64,000 bases of DNA from a virus (IMGVR_UViG_3300029267_004179:40020-104019), one strand, 5' to 3'. Positions 38,209-48,226 are shown, counted from the stretch's first letter. The notes: generated from the sequence alone by a model not told the origin. A program made the numbers and translations.

Positions 38209-38907
38209 GTGGCAAATCAAAAGTTAAGGCATGAAGAATTGCTCGCAGCACGGCACTCAAGATTTTCAGGGAAGAGTGTTAAAGAGTATATTAATGATCA
38301 GCTGGGTGTTCCTGGCAAATCAAGTTTAATCACTGATGAGTCTTTCGAAGAAGCAAGGGAGCAATGTGCTGGAATTAGGAATGGCACTCTTGTTATGCTT
38401 GATGGGGTTGTTTATACAAGGGAAGAGTATTCTGAAAAAGTAAAGGCAGAAAGAAGGGAAAGAAGGAGAGCAAAAAGAAGAAGGAGAACAGAAAGAAGGA
38501 TGATGACAGATTCCCCTTCTTACAGTGATTCTGGAAGGACGATGGCTGATAAAAGTAATGCACAAGGAAATAGATTGCCTATAGGACATTCTCAATCCAG
38601 GTCTTATATTGAATTTGAAATAGTGTCTATTTTGAGTCAAACAGATAAATCTTATTATGTTATGTTCAATAGGAACACTTCTGCTTATATAGCAAAAAGC
38701 CAATCAATATATGATATGAATAAGCCAAATAGGATCAAGATCAAACCATGGCTTGTTCACAAGGCAGAACTTGTTGTAAGAGCAAGCAAGCAAATAATCA
38801 ACCCTGTGACTGATTCACCTACAGTTGTTGAAAAACATAAGCTTAAACAGGAGCCAAAGGAAAGATGGGAAAAACAGAGAAGATCGAAAAGGAAAATAGA
38901 CATATGA
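38209..38907 (+). CDS. Hypothetical basic protein
   Basis: 232 aa with an Arg-rich linker; ends RKIDI. Confidence 0.6.
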   Translation: MANQKLRHEELLAARHSRFSGKSVKEYINDQLGVPGKSSLITDESFEEAREQCAGIRNGTLVMLDGVVYTREEYSEKVKAERRERRRAKRRRRTERRMMTDSPSYSDSGRTMADKSNAQGNRLPIGHSQSRSYIEFEIVSILSQTDKSYYVMFNRNTSAYIAKSQSIYDMNKPNRIKIKPWLVHKAELVVRASKQIINPVTDSPTVVEKHKLKQEPKERWEKQRRSKRKIDI

Positions 38908-39254
38908 ACAACCATTTCTTTCAAGGGGATGTAGAAGAGACGGATGCAATGATAAAGAAGATATTTGATGACTCCTTGAGAATGATGCTTGAAAAGAATA
39001 GAAGCCGTGGTGACTGTTGGAGAGGAGTTGGCCTCAAAGGTGCTTTTTTAGAGATTAGAGCTTCATTTATGAGATTGAAGAATCTTGCTTGGTATGGGTC
39101 AGCTCCTGTGTTGCATGGTGATGAAGCTGTGCTTGAGTATAAAAAGGAACTGTTGAATGTTTTGGTTGATTTGCGCTGCTTTGCTGTTCTTGGTGAGATG
39201 TCTGTTCTTACAGACAATTGGGAAGGTGATGATGATATTGATTCTGAACTATGA
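38904..39254 (+). CDS. DUF1599 / nucleotide-modification-associated domain protein
   Basis: KN..RGD.W...G.KG....I.....RLKNL...L.DL..FA pattern; start adjusted from 38865. Confidence 0.7.
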   Translation: MNNHFFQGDVEETDAMIKKIFDDSLRMMLEKNRSRGDCWRGVGLKGAFLEIRASFMRLKNLAWYGSAPVLHGDEAVLEYKKELLNVLVDLRCFAVLGEMSVLTDNWEGDDDIDSEL

Positions 39255-39272
39255 TTTGAAGGAGTATTCAAT

Positions 39273-40325
39273 ATGGATGACTATCGATCTTATAAAAATG
39301 ACAAGGTTGTCAGGTTTGTTGATTCACTTAAACACAGCTGGAGGATATTTCCACCATCACTTCAGATAGGCATAACTGATTCCTGTTTTAATAAATGCCC
39401 TATGTGTGGGCATTGGAGGAGAAAGAAGAAATACAGCCTTAACACGGAGAGGCTTATTAGGTTTCTTGAAATGGGGAAGAAGTTGGGGCTTGAATCTGTG
39501 GGTTATAGTGGAGGTGATCCACTTGCATATGCCAAAATAAATGATGTTATGAAATGGCATATTGGCAACAATGTGTCTTTCGGCATAGTCACTGCAGGGT
39601 ATGTACCTTACTGTGTTGAATATAGCCTTTTGAGGTGTGCAAGTTGGGTCAGAGTCAGCCTTGATGCTGTTGGTGAAGAAAGGTATAGGAAATTTAGAGG
39701 GTCTGTTGCATTTTCGGATGTTGACAGGTCTATTAATGACATGCTGGATGCCAGGGTAAGGCTTGGTGTTGGAATAACCTTGCATTCAGGCAACTCTGAT
39801 TATGTTGGTGAAGTGCTTGACTATTGCAAATCAAAAGGGATAGAAGAAGTAAGAGTCTGGGTTGTAAGAAGGCATTCAAAGATGGACATGTCTTTTAAAC
39901 AGAGGATGAAGCTTGCTTCAACACTTGCTAAGTATTTGGAAGATGATTACTATTCAATCACAGACACCAACTTTTCTACTACCATCGACACATTGACATC
40001 AGATAATATTGATGTGATAGGCTTTGACCGGTGCTATGCATGTTTGTATCAGCTGTTCATAGATTCTGATGGCAGTATCTATGCTTGCTGTACTGCTGCA
40101 GGAGACACTGAATCTAAAAGCAGAATGGAGCCGTTTTCTAACATATATTTTGATATGCCGATTGTTAGTAGTCTTGGTTGGGAGAGGATTGCAAAGAAGG
40201 TCCGGGCATTTCACTCAAAGGAGTATAGTGATCTTCCTGATGTTTGCAAAGATGAATGTATAGTCAGACATCGCATAGCTAATAACATAGCCATGAAGAG
40301 CTGGCACAGACAGGATTTTCAATAA
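39273..40325 (+). CDS. Radical SAM enzyme with SPASM/twitch domain
   Basis: CFNKCPMC, SGGDP and RVSLDA; C-terminal C....L.IDSDG..YACC..C..C. Confidence 0.92.
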   Translation: MDDYRSYKNDKVVRFVDSLKHSWRIFPPSLQIGITDSCFNKCPMCGHWRRKKKYSLNTERLIRFLEMGKKLGLESVGYSGGDPLAYAKINDVMKWHIGNNVSFGIVTAGYVPYCVEYSLLRCASWVRVSLDAVGEERYRKFRGSVAFSDVDRSINDMLDARVRLGVGITLHSGNSDYVGEVLDYCKSKGIEEVRVWVVRRHSKMDMSFKQRMKLASTLAKYLEDDYYSITDTNFSTTIDTLTSDNIDVIGFDRCYACLYQLFIDSDGSIYACCTAAGDTESKSRMEPFSNIYFDMPIVSSLGWERIAKKVRAFHSKEYSDLPDVCKDECIVRHRIANNIAMKSWHRQDFQ

Positions 40326-41122
40326 TGAATGAAATCTATGATAGCCCTGAAACAGGATTTGTGTCTGCTACAAGATCATTGCTATTATGCAGGAAACAAT
40401 ATGGCTCTATGTATCATTGTAGGCTGACTCCAAACCACAACTATGCGTTTGAAGATGAAATATTTGATAGGAGCTGGGGTGAATATAAGGAGAAGTATAA
40501 AGGTGGTAGGCTCATCAGTTGGGGTAGGTTTTTAATTGAAGCTGTTTTTCCTGATCATTTGTATATTGAAAATGGCAGGTCATTGATCAACTTGATAAAT
40601 GATAAGAGGTTCAATGATGAGCCATCAGCTACAAAGAAGGGTACATTTCATAGTCATATTGGCCGGATGTGCAGGCCAAGGGAAGTGTTTGATGACACTG
40701 AATATGTTGGGTATCTTGATTACACATTGGATAGATGGTCAAGAGGGAATCATAGATCATATCCTCACTTCTTCTTTGACTGTGAGTCGCCTGAATGGAT
40801 GTTTAGGGAGCTTTTTGTGAATCCAAACCAAATAAGGTCTGGAAGAGTTGCAAATAGTTGTACTTCAAATATTGCTTTTAGATGGGATAGTAAATCTGAG
40901 AAAGCATATATATATCAGATTTTGAAGCACACTCAATGGAGTCATCTGTATGGAGATTTTTGCGGAACTGCTTCATTTGCAAGAGCATTTTGTAGTGAGC
41001 TTTCTATACCTATGCCCAGCTGCAATATAGTTATATTTGCAGTGTCTGCAACTATGGACCGCCCAAAACAAGCCAAGATGATTGTACATGATTTTGATGA
41101 AAGGTATTTACAAAATGACTAA
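40325..41122 (+). CDS. Diverged thymidylate-synthase-fold protein (possible pyrimidine-modifying enzyme)
   Basis: SC...I.FR, then HLYGDF and a helix-strand arrangement aligning by eye to TS PC..QF..G.PFN; the canonical RSxD motif is absent. Confidence 0.5.
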   Translation: MNEIYDSPETGFVSATRSLLLCRKQYGSMYHCRLTPNHNYAFEDEIFDRSWGEYKEKYKGGRLISWGRFLIEAVFPDHLYIENGRSLINLINDKRFNDEPSATKKGTFHSHIGRMCRPREVFDDTEYVGYLDYTLDRWSRGNHRSYPHFFFDCESPEWMFRELFVNPNQIRSGRVANSCTSNIAFRWDSKSEKAYIYQILKHTQWSHLYGDFCGTASFARAFCSELSIPMPSCNIVIFAVSATMDRPKQAKMIVHDFDERYLQND

Positions 41123-41501
41123 TAATCAGTTTACAGTAGCTGTAGATTTTGATGGCGTTATAAATAATTATAGCCGATATAAAGGCAAAGGTGTATTTGA
41201 AGAGCCTGTGCCTGGAGTTGTTGAAGCATTTAGAACTATGAAGGCTGCAGGTTGGACTATAATAATTAATACAACAAGGTCGGAAACCTGGCTTATTGAG
41301 GAATATTGCAAGAAACATGGAATTTTGTTTGACTACATAAACCATAACCCTGCTAACAATGTGCTACATTTGTCTCCTACAAAAGTCATAGCAGATGTGT
41401 ATGTAGATGACAGGAATGTAAGGTTTGATGGCAATTGGTGTAAGGCTATAGATGAAATAAGGAATTTTAAGCCTTGGTATAGGAGGAAAGATGAGGAATA
41501 A
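41115..41501 (+). CDS. HAD-superfamily phosphatase
   Basis: VAVDFDGVI, INTTR and K..ADVYVDDR. Confidence 0.9.
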   Translation: MTNNQFTVAVDFDGVINNYSRYKGKGVFEEPVPGVVEAFRTMKAAGWTIIINTTRSETWLIEEYCKKHGILFDYINHNPANNVLHLSPTKVIADVYVDDRNVRFDGNWCKAIDEIRNFKPWYRRKDEE

Positions 41502-44500
41502 TCAGTGGTGCCATTTGCATTTACATACTCAATATTCTGTTCTTGATGGATACGGATCAGCGGAACAATATGCTGAGAGGGCAAAAGAGATAGGCTTTAC
41601 CCATATGGCTATTACTGATCATGGCAATGTGGATGGAGCAATACAGTTTCAAAAGGCTTGTGAGGCTAATGATATAACTCCTATTATTGGTTGTGAGGCA
41701 TATATTGTTCCTGATATGTCCAACCGTAGTAAAGAGAAAAGATATCACATTTCATTGTTCGCCATGAATAGTAATGGTTGGCAAAATATTCTCAAGATGC
41801 TTACTGTTGCGAACATGCAAGGCTTTTATTATAGGCCAAGGATTGATCCTGAGCTATTGCTTGAGCACTGCGACGGAGTACTTGTCTCAACTGCTTGTTG
41901 CTATGGTTATTTAAGAATGCCTAATGGGGCTGATCTTATTAAGGCGCTTAATGAAGTGACGGAAGTTGTGCTTGAAGTTATGCCTGTTGATATGAAGGAG
42001 CAAAGAGAAGTTAACAGATGGTGTCTTGACTTGTCCGAATCCACTGGTATCCCAATCATAGCCACTAATGATTGCCATTATATTCTTAAAGACCAAAGCA
42101 AACTTCAGGAAACACTTCTTGCTGTGCAAAGGAAAGTCAAATGGAATGACCCGAACAGATGGAAATTCGATATAGATGACTTATACTTAAAGACTGCTGA
42201 TGAGATGGTTCCAGGCTTGGTTAAACAAGGAGTAGAAAGGGGCTTGGCAGAGCAAGTATTGAGGAATACAATGCTCATAGCTGAGAAATGCAGTTTCAGA
42301 ATAGAACAAGTGCCTGTTACTTTGCCTGATATCCACATCCCAGGCTATGAAGAACTACCTGAAGATGACCAGCTGACACATGTTACTTTAGATGGCCTCA
42401 ATAGACTATCAGAAGTTCATAGCTATATTGATGATGATATTGATTCCTACTATGATAGGGTTGAAGATGAGCTTTATCATATCATCAATCTTGGTTTTTC
42501 CAGATATTTTTTGATAGTTTGGGAGCTGATTGACTGGTGCAAGAAAAACAACATACTTACTGGGCCGGGAAGAGGTAGTGTAGGTGGCAGTCTTGTTGCT
42601 TATTGTCTTGGCATTACTGCTGTTGATCCTATTAAGTATGGACTTGTATTCACAAGGTTCATTTCACCTGCAAGAATAGATTTGCCGGATATAGATATGG
42701 ATTTCGAAGATAGGCATAGAGGGAAGATCAGGAAGCATCTTGAGTATAAGTATGGCAAATACAATGTTATAGGTTTGTCTACCTTTGCGAAAATGAATGG
42801 TAGGTCGTGTTTAAGGGATGTGGCAAGAGTATTTGATGTTCCATTAGTCGATGTAGGGGCTGCTGCAAAATCTATAGTTGTTAGATCAGTTGGTGATTTT
42901 AGATCATCTTTTACTATCACAGATGCGTTTGATACTTTTGAAGATGGTAAGAAATTTAAAAAGAAGTATCCAGAAGTGACAAGGATATCTATAGCTATGG
43001 AGGGTCAAATCCGTGGGACAGGCAAACATGCTGCTGCTATGTGTGTTTCAGCTAATGATGTAAGATCAGGTGTGCATAATAGTCTTTCCTATAGATCAAA
43101 AGAACTTCTTGCAAATTGGGGCAAGGAAGATGCCGAGTATATGGGGCTGATGAAGCTTGATGTGCTTGGGCTAAATGCTCTTACAGTGTTGGCTGAGTCA
43201 ATAAGCCTTGTTAAGGATAGACATGGCATAGAAGTTGATCTTGAGACTATACCTTTGGATGATGAGAAGGTTTATTCAGAGTTTTCAAGAGGCAATACAG
43301 TTGGTGTGTTCCAGTTTGCTGGCCAGGGAGCAATTAAACTGTGCCGAGAAATTGGAGTGGAGAATTTTGACGAACTTGTAGCTGTAAATGCTTTGAATAG
43401 GCCTGGTCCTTTGAGGTCAGGAATGACTACTGATTATACAAATATCAAACATGGGAAGAAGAAAAAGCCAAATCTTCATCCCATAATGAATAGGATAACA
43501 GAAAACACTCAAGGCATGGTGATATATCAAGAGCAGATTATGTTTATTATTTCAGAACTTGCTGGGTTGCCTTGGAGAACTGCGGATGTTGTTCGGAAAG
43601 TAATATCCAAAGGAAAAGGTGAAGAGCAGTTCATGAAATTTAAGGATATGTTTGTTGAGGGATGTGTGAATAAAGGTACTATATCAAGGAAGGAAGCAGA
43701 AAAGGCTTTCAAATCTTATAAACATGCCGGATCATACATGTTCAACAAATCTCATGCAGTTGAATACAGCCTTATTGCTTACTGGGAAGCATGGTTCAAA
43801 ACTCATTATCCGGTAGAATATATGGTTGGAATATTATCTTATGGCCCAACTCATAAAGATAAAAAGCATATTCATGTTAATGAAGCCAAAAGGCTTGGAG
43901 TTAAGCTTGCACTACCTAACATAAACAAATCTATGGCAAAGTTATGGACAGCGGATGAAGAGGGCAATTTGAGGATACCACTTTGTGAAATTAAAGGCAT
44001 CGGTCCTGCTGCTGCAAATGTTATTGTGTCTGAAAGAAAAAAGAATGGTGATTATACATCAAAAAATAATTTTGAGTCAAGGGTTGAAAAGAGGAGATGT
44101 AATAAAAGGGTAAAAGAGCTGCTTGATAAGGTCGGTGTTTGGGAAGAAGATAGTGATGCACTCCTTGATGATAAAAGGCTTGAGGAATTATCTCTTTATT
44201 TTGATTTTGACCTTTCTAATGATCCTATGTTCAGATATAGGAAAGCAGTCAAAAAGATTTCAGAGCATGTAGACTTGGTCAAGCTTAAAGGTGTCAGCAC
44301 CAAACAGGTCAAGGAGAAGAGTTTTTATTTTGGATATATAGCAAGTATCAAGTATGGGTATAAGGAAAAAGTAGGGCAAAACAAGAAAGATGATGCTGGC
44401 CTTGGTGGCGTGTATGCCTATTTTGAGGATAGCACTAATTCAACTATGTTGACTTTTAATCCAGAGCTATACAAGAATAGAAAGGATGAGATAGAACATT

Positions 44501-45216
44501 GTGCTGAGAGGTGGGCTCTTGTCAGGGCAAATTCGCCTTTCGGAACAGACAGCCTTTACTGCAATGAAATCTGGTTTGCTGATGATATTTTATCTGGAAA
44601 ATTGGATGATTCAGGGATAGCTTTGGCAGATGAATATGATTACAGCAAATCAGATTTGGTAGTAGATGGGGTTGCTTTATCCGACTGTCAAGCTTGTCAG
44701 TTTAGGCAGGAGTGTAAAGCTCCTGTTTATCCTACCTATGGAGATGTCAATGCAATGATAATTGGTGAGGCTCCAGGCAAAGATGAGGACAGAGTTGGCA
44801 AAGGGTTTGTTGGCGGCAGCGGTAACTTATTGTTTGATAAGAATCTGCACAAGATTGGTGTTAGAAGGGAGCACTGCCATATAACAAATGTGAATAAGTG
44901 TTGGCCGAGTAAATCAAGGACTCCGAAGAAAACTCAGGTGAATAAATGCAGGAAATGGCTTGACAGAGAAATTGAGATAGTAAAGCCATTTGTTATACTT
45001 GCACTTGGTAATACATGCATGAAGTATTTCCTTGGAGAAGATTCTGGCATTATGGCCAAGAATGCATCTACTGAATGGAATGATAGGTATAATTGCTGGA
45101 TATGTTGGGGCATTCATCCTGCTTCTGTTCTCAGGTCACCAGAAAATAGAACAATGTTCAAACAGGCATTGGACAATTTTGCTCATGTGTTTAGCACCAT
45201 AGGGTTTGGTTTATAA
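41491..45216 (+). CDS. dnaE: DNA polymerase III alpha (PHP + Pol) fused to a C-terminal family-4 uracil-DNA glycosylase
   Basis: HLHLHT.YS.LDG, TDHG, GRGS, PDIDMDF, KLDVLGL and FNKSH; C-terminal CQAC, GEAPG..ED, FVG.SG, TNV.KC.P and HPA. Confidence 0.95.
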   Translation: MRNNQWCHLHLHTQYSVLDGYGSAEQYAERAKEIGFTHMAITDHGNVDGAIQFQKACEANDITPIIGCEAYIVPDMSNRSKEKRYHISLFAMNSNGWQNILKMLTVANMQGFYYRPRIDPELLLEHCDGVLVSTACCYGYLRMPNGADLIKALNEVTEVVLEVMPVDMKEQREVNRWCLDLSESTGIPIIATNDCHYILKDQSKLQETLLAVQRKVKWNDPNRWKFDIDDLYLKTADEMVPGLVKQGVERGLAEQVLRNTMLIAEKCSFRIEQVPVTLPDIHIPGYEELPEDDQLTHVTLDGLNRLSEVHSYIDDDIDSYYDRVEDELYHIINLGFSRYFLIVWELIDWCKKNNILTGPGRGSVGGSLVAYCLGITAVDPIKYGLVFTRFISPARIDLPDIDMDFEDRHRGKIRKHLEYKYGKYNVIGLSTFAKMNGRSCLRDVARVFDVPLVDVGAAAKSIVVRSVGDFRSSFTITDAFDTFEDGKKFKKKYPEVTRISIAMEGQIRGTGKHAAAMCVSANDVRSGVHNSLSYRSKELLANWGKEDAEYMGLMKLDVLGLNALTVLAESISLVKDRHGIEVDLETIPLDDEKVYSEFSRGNTVGVFQFAGQGAIKLCREIGVENFDELVAVNALNRPGPLRSGMTTDYTNIKHGKKKKPNLHPIMNRITENTQGMVIYQEQIMFIISELAGLPWRTADVVRKVISKGKGEEQFMKFKDMFVEGCVNKGTISRKEAEKAFKSYKHAGSYMFNKSHAVEYSLIAYWEAWFKTHYPVEYMVGILSYGPTHKDKKHIHVNEAKRLGVKLALPNINKSMAKLWTADEEGNLRIPLCEIKGIGPAAANVIVSERKKNGDYTSKNNFESRVEKRRCNKRVKELLDKVGVWEEDSDALLDDKRLEELSLYFDFDLSNDPMFRYRKAVKKISEHVDLVKLKGVSTKQVKEKSFYFGYIASIKYGYKEKVGQNKKDDAGLGGVYAYFEDSTNSTMLTFNPELYKNRKDEIEHCAERWALVRANSPFGTDSLYCNEIWFADDILSGKLDDSGIALADEYDYSKSDLVVDGVALSDCQACQFRQECKAPVYPTYGDVNAMIIGEAPGKDEDRVGKGFVGGSGNLLFDKNLHKIGVRREHCHITNVNKCWPSKSRTPKKTQVNKCRKWLDREIEIVKPFVILALGNTCMKYFLGEDSGIMAKNASTEWNDRYNCWICWGIHPASVLRSPENRTMFKQALDNFAHVFSTIGFGL

Positions 45217-45256
45217 GGAAGGTATAACTTTTTACTATAATATAGCAGAGGTAGTT

Positions 45257-45811
45257 ATGACAAAATATGACGATCTAACTTATATTGATAAAAATAATCT
45301 TGATGATGAGTGCTGCATTCTTCCTGCTCTTTTTGATTATTGGTCAGAAAGAGAATGTGAATTTAGAGAAGAAGTTGATATTGCTAAAGATAAGCTTGAA
45401 GTTGTTAAGGCACAAGTTGATCTTTATTATAGATCGATGTCTTTAAAAGATATCGAAGAAAAAAGGGGTCAGAGCATAACTTCAAAAACAGAAAGTGCTA
45501 TCAAGTCTTTGATTGTGGATGACGATAGGGTAAAGGCTGCTCATGACCACTATCATGAAGTGAGGAAAAAGCATAGGGTGTTTACAAGACTTCTGAAGAG
45601 GATTGAAGTTAAGAAATGGGGGCTTGATAACCTTGTTAAGCTTCATGGTCAAGGGTATTTTTCAGAAATTAAAGGTGGAGTCAAAGAGAGATCAATTATA
45701 GCTATGAAGAAAAGGCTTGCAGATGAAATAAAAAGGGATTCAGAGAAAAACGAATCTAAATGGTCAAAAAAGGTTAAAAGAATCAGAAAAAGAAAGGAGA
45801 AAAGATCATGA
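45257..45811 (+). CDS. UvsY-like recombination mediator
   Basis: Helical; TE.AIKS.I..D motif; upstream of SSB and RecA. Start adjusted from 45206. Confidence 0.5.
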   Translation: MTKYDDLTYIDKNNLDDECCILPALFDYWSERECEFREEVDIAKDKLEVVKAQVDLYYRSMSLKDIEEKRGQSITSKTESAIKSLIVDDDRVKAAHDHYHEVRKKHRVFTRLLKRIEVKKWGLDNLVKLHGQGYFSEIKGGVKERSIIAMKKRLADEIKRDSEKNESKWSKKVKRIRKRKEKRS

Positions 45812-46926
45812 GTAAAAGGAAATGGAGCAAGAAAGGTGTGACTCAGAGTAATCTGAAAAAGGTGCATGAATCTGCCGGCGATAAGTGGACTCCTGTAATT
45901 GTTGGGTATCTGAACAGCGATATAAAAATGTTTGTGCCGAAAGAGGGTGAGAATAAGATCAGAATTATTCAGCCTCTTGAAGTGGATGATCTTGGGTACT
46001 ATGGCAGGGAAGTTCATTTTCATCGTGGCGTCGGGCCGATGGACCATTACTATATCTGTTTGAGAAGGATGAGGTCGCAGAGATGTTTTATCTGTGAACT
46101 TCAAACAAGCGAACTGTGGGATGAAGACCCAGAACTTGCAAAAACCTTCTATCCTGACACCCGTGTTTTGATGTGGGTTCTGAATCTGAACAGTGATGAT
46201 CCTGATGAGCCACTTCTTTGGAGCTGTGCCAAGTCGCTGGCAGAAAGCATTCTTGGCCAGAGTCATAAGAAAGAAACGGAAGTGTACACTGATGTTTCTC
46301 ATCCTACTGAAGGTGTGCCTGTATTCTTTGACCGTAAAGGGAAGGGGCTGAAAACTAAGTATCAGAATGTTCAATTGGGGGAAGAGCAGACAGAACTGGA
46401 GGAATCACTTCTGGATGAGATCGATTATTTTGACAATCTGATCATTTGGCCTGAATATGATCAGGTAAAGGCTGCTTATTACGGAGATGAAGTTGAAGAA
46501 GATGAAACTTCTGAGCATGATGATATCCCAGAAAGTGTTGAAAGCTCTGAAGAAGATCAACCGGATGAGGATTGTTTCCAAAAGAAGTTTGATGAGTATG
46601 AAGAATGTGATGACTGTAAATGGCGTGATGACTGCAAGCCTAAAGAAGAAGATCAACCGGATGAGGATTGTTTCCAAAAGAAGTTTGATGAGTATGAAGA
46701 ATGTGATGACTGTAAATGGCGTGATGACTGCAAGCCTAAAAAGCAGAAGAAAGAGCCTAAAAAGCAGAAGAAAGAGGCGAAGAAGGAAAAGAAAGAGGCG
46801 AATAAGGAAAAGAAGGAAAAGAAAGAGGCGAAGAAGGGAAAGAAGTCGGACGGCGCTGACAAGAAAAAGAAAAGCATAAAGGAGAAGCTGAAGAAGCAGA
46901 TTGCCGACAGAAAGAAGAAAAAATAA
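45808..46926 (+). CDS. gp32-like single-stranded DNA-binding protein with duplicated Cys4 motif and Lys-rich tail
   Basis: F.PKEG.N.IRI, H..C..C.ICE, D...P.EG and R.GKG..TKY. Confidence 0.75.
   Translation: MSKRKWSKKGVTQSNLKKVHESAGDKWTPVIVGYLNSDIKMFVPKEGENKIRIIQPLEVDDLGYYGREVHFHRGVGPMDHYYICLRRMRSQRCFICELQTSELWDEDPELAKTFYPDTRVLMWVLNLNSDDPDEPLLWSCAKSLAESILGQSHKKETEVYTDVSHPTEGVPVFFDRKGKGLKTKYQNVQLGEEQTELEESLLDEIDYFDNLIIWPEYDQVKAAYYGDEVEEDETSEHDDIPESVESSEEDQPDEDCFQKKFDEYEECDDCKWRDDCKPKEEDQPDEDCFQKKFDEYEECDDCKWRDDCKPKKQKKEPKKQKKEAKKEKKEANKEKKEKKEAKKGKKSDGADKKKKSIKEKLKKQIADRKKKK
46549..46740 (+). repeat. Perfect 96-bp tandem duplication (2 copies) within the SSB gene
   Basis: EEDQPDEDCFQKKFDEYEECDDCKWRDDCKPK twice, identical at DNA level. 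Confidence 0.95.
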
Positions 46927-46943
46927 CCATCATTGTGTCTAAT

Positions 46944-46982
46944 AAGGCCATTTGCCTATAATCGGGCAGATGGCCTTTTATT
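46944..46982 (+). terminator. Intrinsic terminator
   Basis: AAGGCCATTTGCC/GGCAGATGGCCTT plus TTATT. Confidence 0.7.
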
Positions 46983-47000
46983 AACCAGAAAGAAGGAATC

Positions 47001-48101
47001 ATGACTGAAAGAGTTAAAAGAGCAAAAAAACAAGATGCCGAAGAAGAGAATATTGAAGAAGAGATCATGAACAAGGAGGTTAAGGACACAAGGCCTGTTG
47101 AGTTCATCCATTCAGGATCAACTATGCTTAATGAAGCATTATCTCAAAAGGCCAAAGGTGGTGGTTGGGCAAGAAACAGGATACTCAATATCGTTGGTGA
47201 CGGCTCAAGCGGTAAGACTATTCTTGCAATCCAGCTCTGCTATATTTGTTTCAAAACTCTGATGGTAACAAAGTCAAATATATTTCCTCCTGTTAAAAAA
47301 CTCATCATTATTTACAACAATCCAGAAGCTGTTATGGACTTTCCACTTCAATCAATGTATGGTGAAGATTTTATTGATGCTGTGGAATGGCGCCATGATT
47401 CTACAGTAGAAGCAACAGGAAGGGATTATTTGAGAAGAGTTAAGGCCTTGAAAAAGGGTGAGGCTCTTATTTATGTTGTTGATTCATGGGATGCTCTTGA
47501 TAGTGAAGAAGAGTCAAAAGCATTTGATGAAGCGATAATGAAAGATGAGCAAATGGAAGGTAGCTATAACTTGGGCAAGCAGATGTTTGCTTCAAAGCTG
47601 TTCTTTAAAAAGTGCTGTGATGAGATGCTTGGCAAGGATGCTACTTTGTGTATCATATCACAAGTCAGGGACAGAATAGGTGTTTCATTTGGCAAGAAGA
47701 AATACAGAGCTGGCGGTAAAGCTTTGGACTTCTATACTCATCAGGTTTGTTGGCTGCGAGTTGTCAAGAAGGTCCCAAGAGTAGTGAGAGGAAGGGAAAG
47801 AATCTGGCGTGTTGAGATAGAAGGGCATGTTGAGCGGAATAAGACTGCCATTCCATATAGAAAGGCTACTTTTGGGATTGTGTTTGGATATGGCATTGAT
47901 GATGTCTCATCGATGGTGGATTGGCTTTTTAAGAAAGGGCCATATATATTGCCAAGCATTGATAAGCCATATAAAGATCGGAAGTCTTTCATTCAACGTG
48001 TTTATGATGACAATCTTATAGCTGAACTTAGGGATGAAGTGGACAAAGAGGTAATGGAAGTTAACAAAGGTTTTGAGGTAGATTGGAAACAAGAGTTTTA
48101 A
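47001..48101 (+). CDS. recA: RecA/UvsX-family recombinase
   Basis: SGS..L..AL, GDGSSGKT, VVDS, ISQVR..IG..FG and GGKALDFY. Confidence 0.92.
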   Translation: MTERVKRAKKQDAEEENIEEEIMNKEVKDTRPVEFIHSGSTMLNEALSQKAKGGGWARNRILNIVGDGSSGKTILAIQLCYICFKTLMVTKSNIFPPVKKLIIIYNNPEAVMDFPLQSMYGEDFIDAVEWRHDSTVEATGRDYLRRVKALKKGEALIYVVDSWDALDSEEESKAFDEAIMKDEQMEGSYNLGKQMFASKLFFKKCCDEMLGKDATLCIISQVRDRIGVSFGKKKYRAGGKALDFYTHQVCWLRVVKKVPRVVRGRERIWRVEIEGHVERNKTAIPYRKATFGIVFGYGIDDVSSMVDWLFKKGPYILPSIDKPYKDRKSFIQRVYDDNLIAELRDEVDKEVMEVNKGFEVDWKQEF

Positions 48102-48140
48102 TTCTGCTTGTATTTTAAAAATACAGCCACCAGCATGCTC

Positions 48141-48215
48141 TATATTAAACGATCTAATAAAAACTAATATAAGGGTATAGGGTAAAAATTTTATAGGGGT
48201 TAAAAAGGAAATAAG
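48141..48215 (+). repeat. Dispersed intergenic element, copy 6 (core TAAGGG)
   Basis: Near-identical to copy 1. Confidence 0.95.
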
Positions 48216-48226
48216 AGGAAATTGAT

